Translations under genes and position numbers: made by a program
Source: Adineta vaga
Taxonomy: Eukaryota; Animalia; Rotifera
Reading direction: 5' to 3'
Assembly: GCA_021613535.1 (NCBI GenBank)
Contig: CP075493.1
Span: 310,001-374,000 of the forward strand
DNA: 64,000 nt
Shown: positions 62,401 through 64,000 of the stretch, piece by piece
Numbering within the stretch: the stretch's first letter is position 1
Layout: each line of letters opens with the position of its first letter
Notes under the pieces: model-generated
What the model was told of the DNA's origin: nothing
The model's input: only the letters and a program-made list of their open reading frames with translations
Databases searched by the model: none

Positions 62401-64000
62401 AACAGAAAACTAATTGGCTCTCCTGGTAAAAGTGACATCTAGATAACATCCAAATTTTAGTGTATGATGTAAATAGATGTCACATGTATATGGATACCAT
62501 AAGTTGTTAGTAAGATATTGGTAAGTTTTGTTATTATATGCGTGATTGTATAGTATTATTATACGCTCTCCAGAAAGATGTAAAAAGTCAGTTGTACAGA
62601 CAACGATTTCACCGCGAAAAATATTACATTAAAATAGATGTTAGCTCCTCTCCTCTCGCTTATCGAAAACTGCAGGTCACAAGTTATTGTCATTCTCGAT
62701 CTGTCCTTGTTACGGCCACCGCTCCTTAATTCTGACACCGACAATGACTCACAACAGCTCGAAGTAGCTGAAAATAACTCAGAATGACCTTAAGCGACTT
62801 AGAGTGTCTTGAAGTAAGTTTAAAATACTTGAAAGTAGTCCACATTCACTTCAAGTACAAAACTACACTGTTTCCTTTGTTTGTTGATTGCCAGTCACAT
62901 TTCCACTCTTTGAATATGTATGGATGACGCTTGTCACAAGTGCCATCAAAACCGTGTATGAAGAAAGATAAACTAAAGAAACCTGGTTGCTTTAATGATA
63001 GAAAGATTATGTGAAGCGGTAATGCCTATATTTGTAATGCGCTCTGCTCAATAAAGGCGATGCTGCATTTCACTAAGTTAAACATAGCGGAGCATGTTTA
63101 TATAACACAAGATGATCGCAATAACAGTTTTGTATGGGTGTTAATAGACTTTGTTTGATAAAACGGGCCCATTTTGTAACCGAAATTGTACACCATATTG
63201 CTCAAGTTTAAGTAGGTCTCGCCTAGTATACAAGTTTTTTGTCTACGTAGTCCGGCAGGCGTTGAATACAACGATGTTTTTACGCCTAAACAGCGTACAT
63301 TTTCACTCGTTACAAAGTCGCCTTTTAGAAGAAAAGCAAGTTTGTGCATGTTAATGCTGTAAAACTTATGCGTTTCAGAAGAAAATCCTTATTTTACACT
63401 TTCAAATTCGCGCTTTTTAAGAATAAAAACAACACTTTCGTCCTTACTTTTCCATCTGCGTAATAATATTAGAACCCGACATCAAATTCGATATAAAAGA
63501 AATAATATCGTACTTGCCTACAGAATTCGGATCGAGTGGCTTATCTAATTTTTGTGGAGGGTAATAGATCAGTATCGTTTCAGTTAACGGTTTTTCTGTT
63601 AATGAGTCGAAGTATTTTTCGGGCAGATCCAGTGCCAATGCAAATGCTCTGGCAAGTTGACGTGCCAATTCTATCATAGCAGAAAAATAACCATCGTAAA
63701 GAACTTCGCGAAACCCTATGATACAGTGTGAAATTTTTGTTTATTGTCAACAAAGCTAGCACGTATTTACCTGGCAGTTCGGGCCACCGGTTCGGTCCAT
63801 AGAGTTTGCCTCCTTGTTTGATAAGGGGATCATCCTCCTTCATCTCCAGTGAAAAGTCAAATATTTCTTTGAAATCACCCTTCTTATCTGAAAAATTTTC
63901 CACAAAGATTGGTGAATATCCACGACCATCGTCATAAGGCTGCCCTCGCACGGCTTGCTTCATTTTAACATCTAGTGGTAGTGCGAAATAACGTTTAGAC
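59493..64000 (-). CDS. IPNS-like dioxygenase paralog E, 5' end outside the window (exons >64000-63771, 63715-63518, 60032-59880, 59791-59493)
   Basis: GCREHTD, HRV, RYA. Intron 2 has a GC donor (TAG|GCAAGT). An extra 88-bp interruption with a GA donor means it may be a pseudogene. Confidence 0.82.
60238..61020. mobile_element. Tc1/mariner-type MITE with long TIRs (intron 2 of paralog E)
   Basis: TA|CAGGGTGTCCCATAAGTAGC ... GCTACTTATGGGACACTCTG|TA; the arms match for ~300 bp. Confidence 0.88.

Overview
AT-rich eukaryotic DNA with short spliceosomal introns. It is almost certainly from a bdelloid rotifer (inference from TGTGGG/TGAGGG telomeric repeats, Athena retroelements, an ART-TPR gene and several foreign-looking enzymes). 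Two things interleave. (1) A cluster of microbial-type tailoring enzymes: four isopenicillin-N-synthase-like 2OG-Fe(II) dioxygenase paralogs in two convergent pairs (5.8-18.8 kb and 52.6-64 kb), an intronless FAD monooxygenase, a DUF1857/AtaL-like START-fold protein and a small SET/post-SET protein. (2) A ~24 kb block (22.3-46.2 kb) in the middle of that cluster made of Penelope-like elements: a minus-strand GIY-YIG fragment joined head-to-head, via inverted telomeric tracts, to a plus-strand chain of telomere-capped, hammerhead-ended Athena/Terminon units. The largest unit (~19 kb) appears to carry an ART-TPR gene, a GPCR-like gene and orphan ORFs. The most unusual signal is a set of short inverted telomeric mini-arrays; three of them, plus a lone C-rich tract, share a non-telomeric flank (C-strand consensus CACCCTCAAGATGGTGA), which may be a footprint of telomerase-RNA-templated break repair or a telomere-mimic MITE. 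Intergenic and intronic DNA is dense in MITEs (hAT, piggyBac, CMC, Tc1/mariner) and long palindromes. All calls were made by eye without database searches; coordinates may be off by a few bases.
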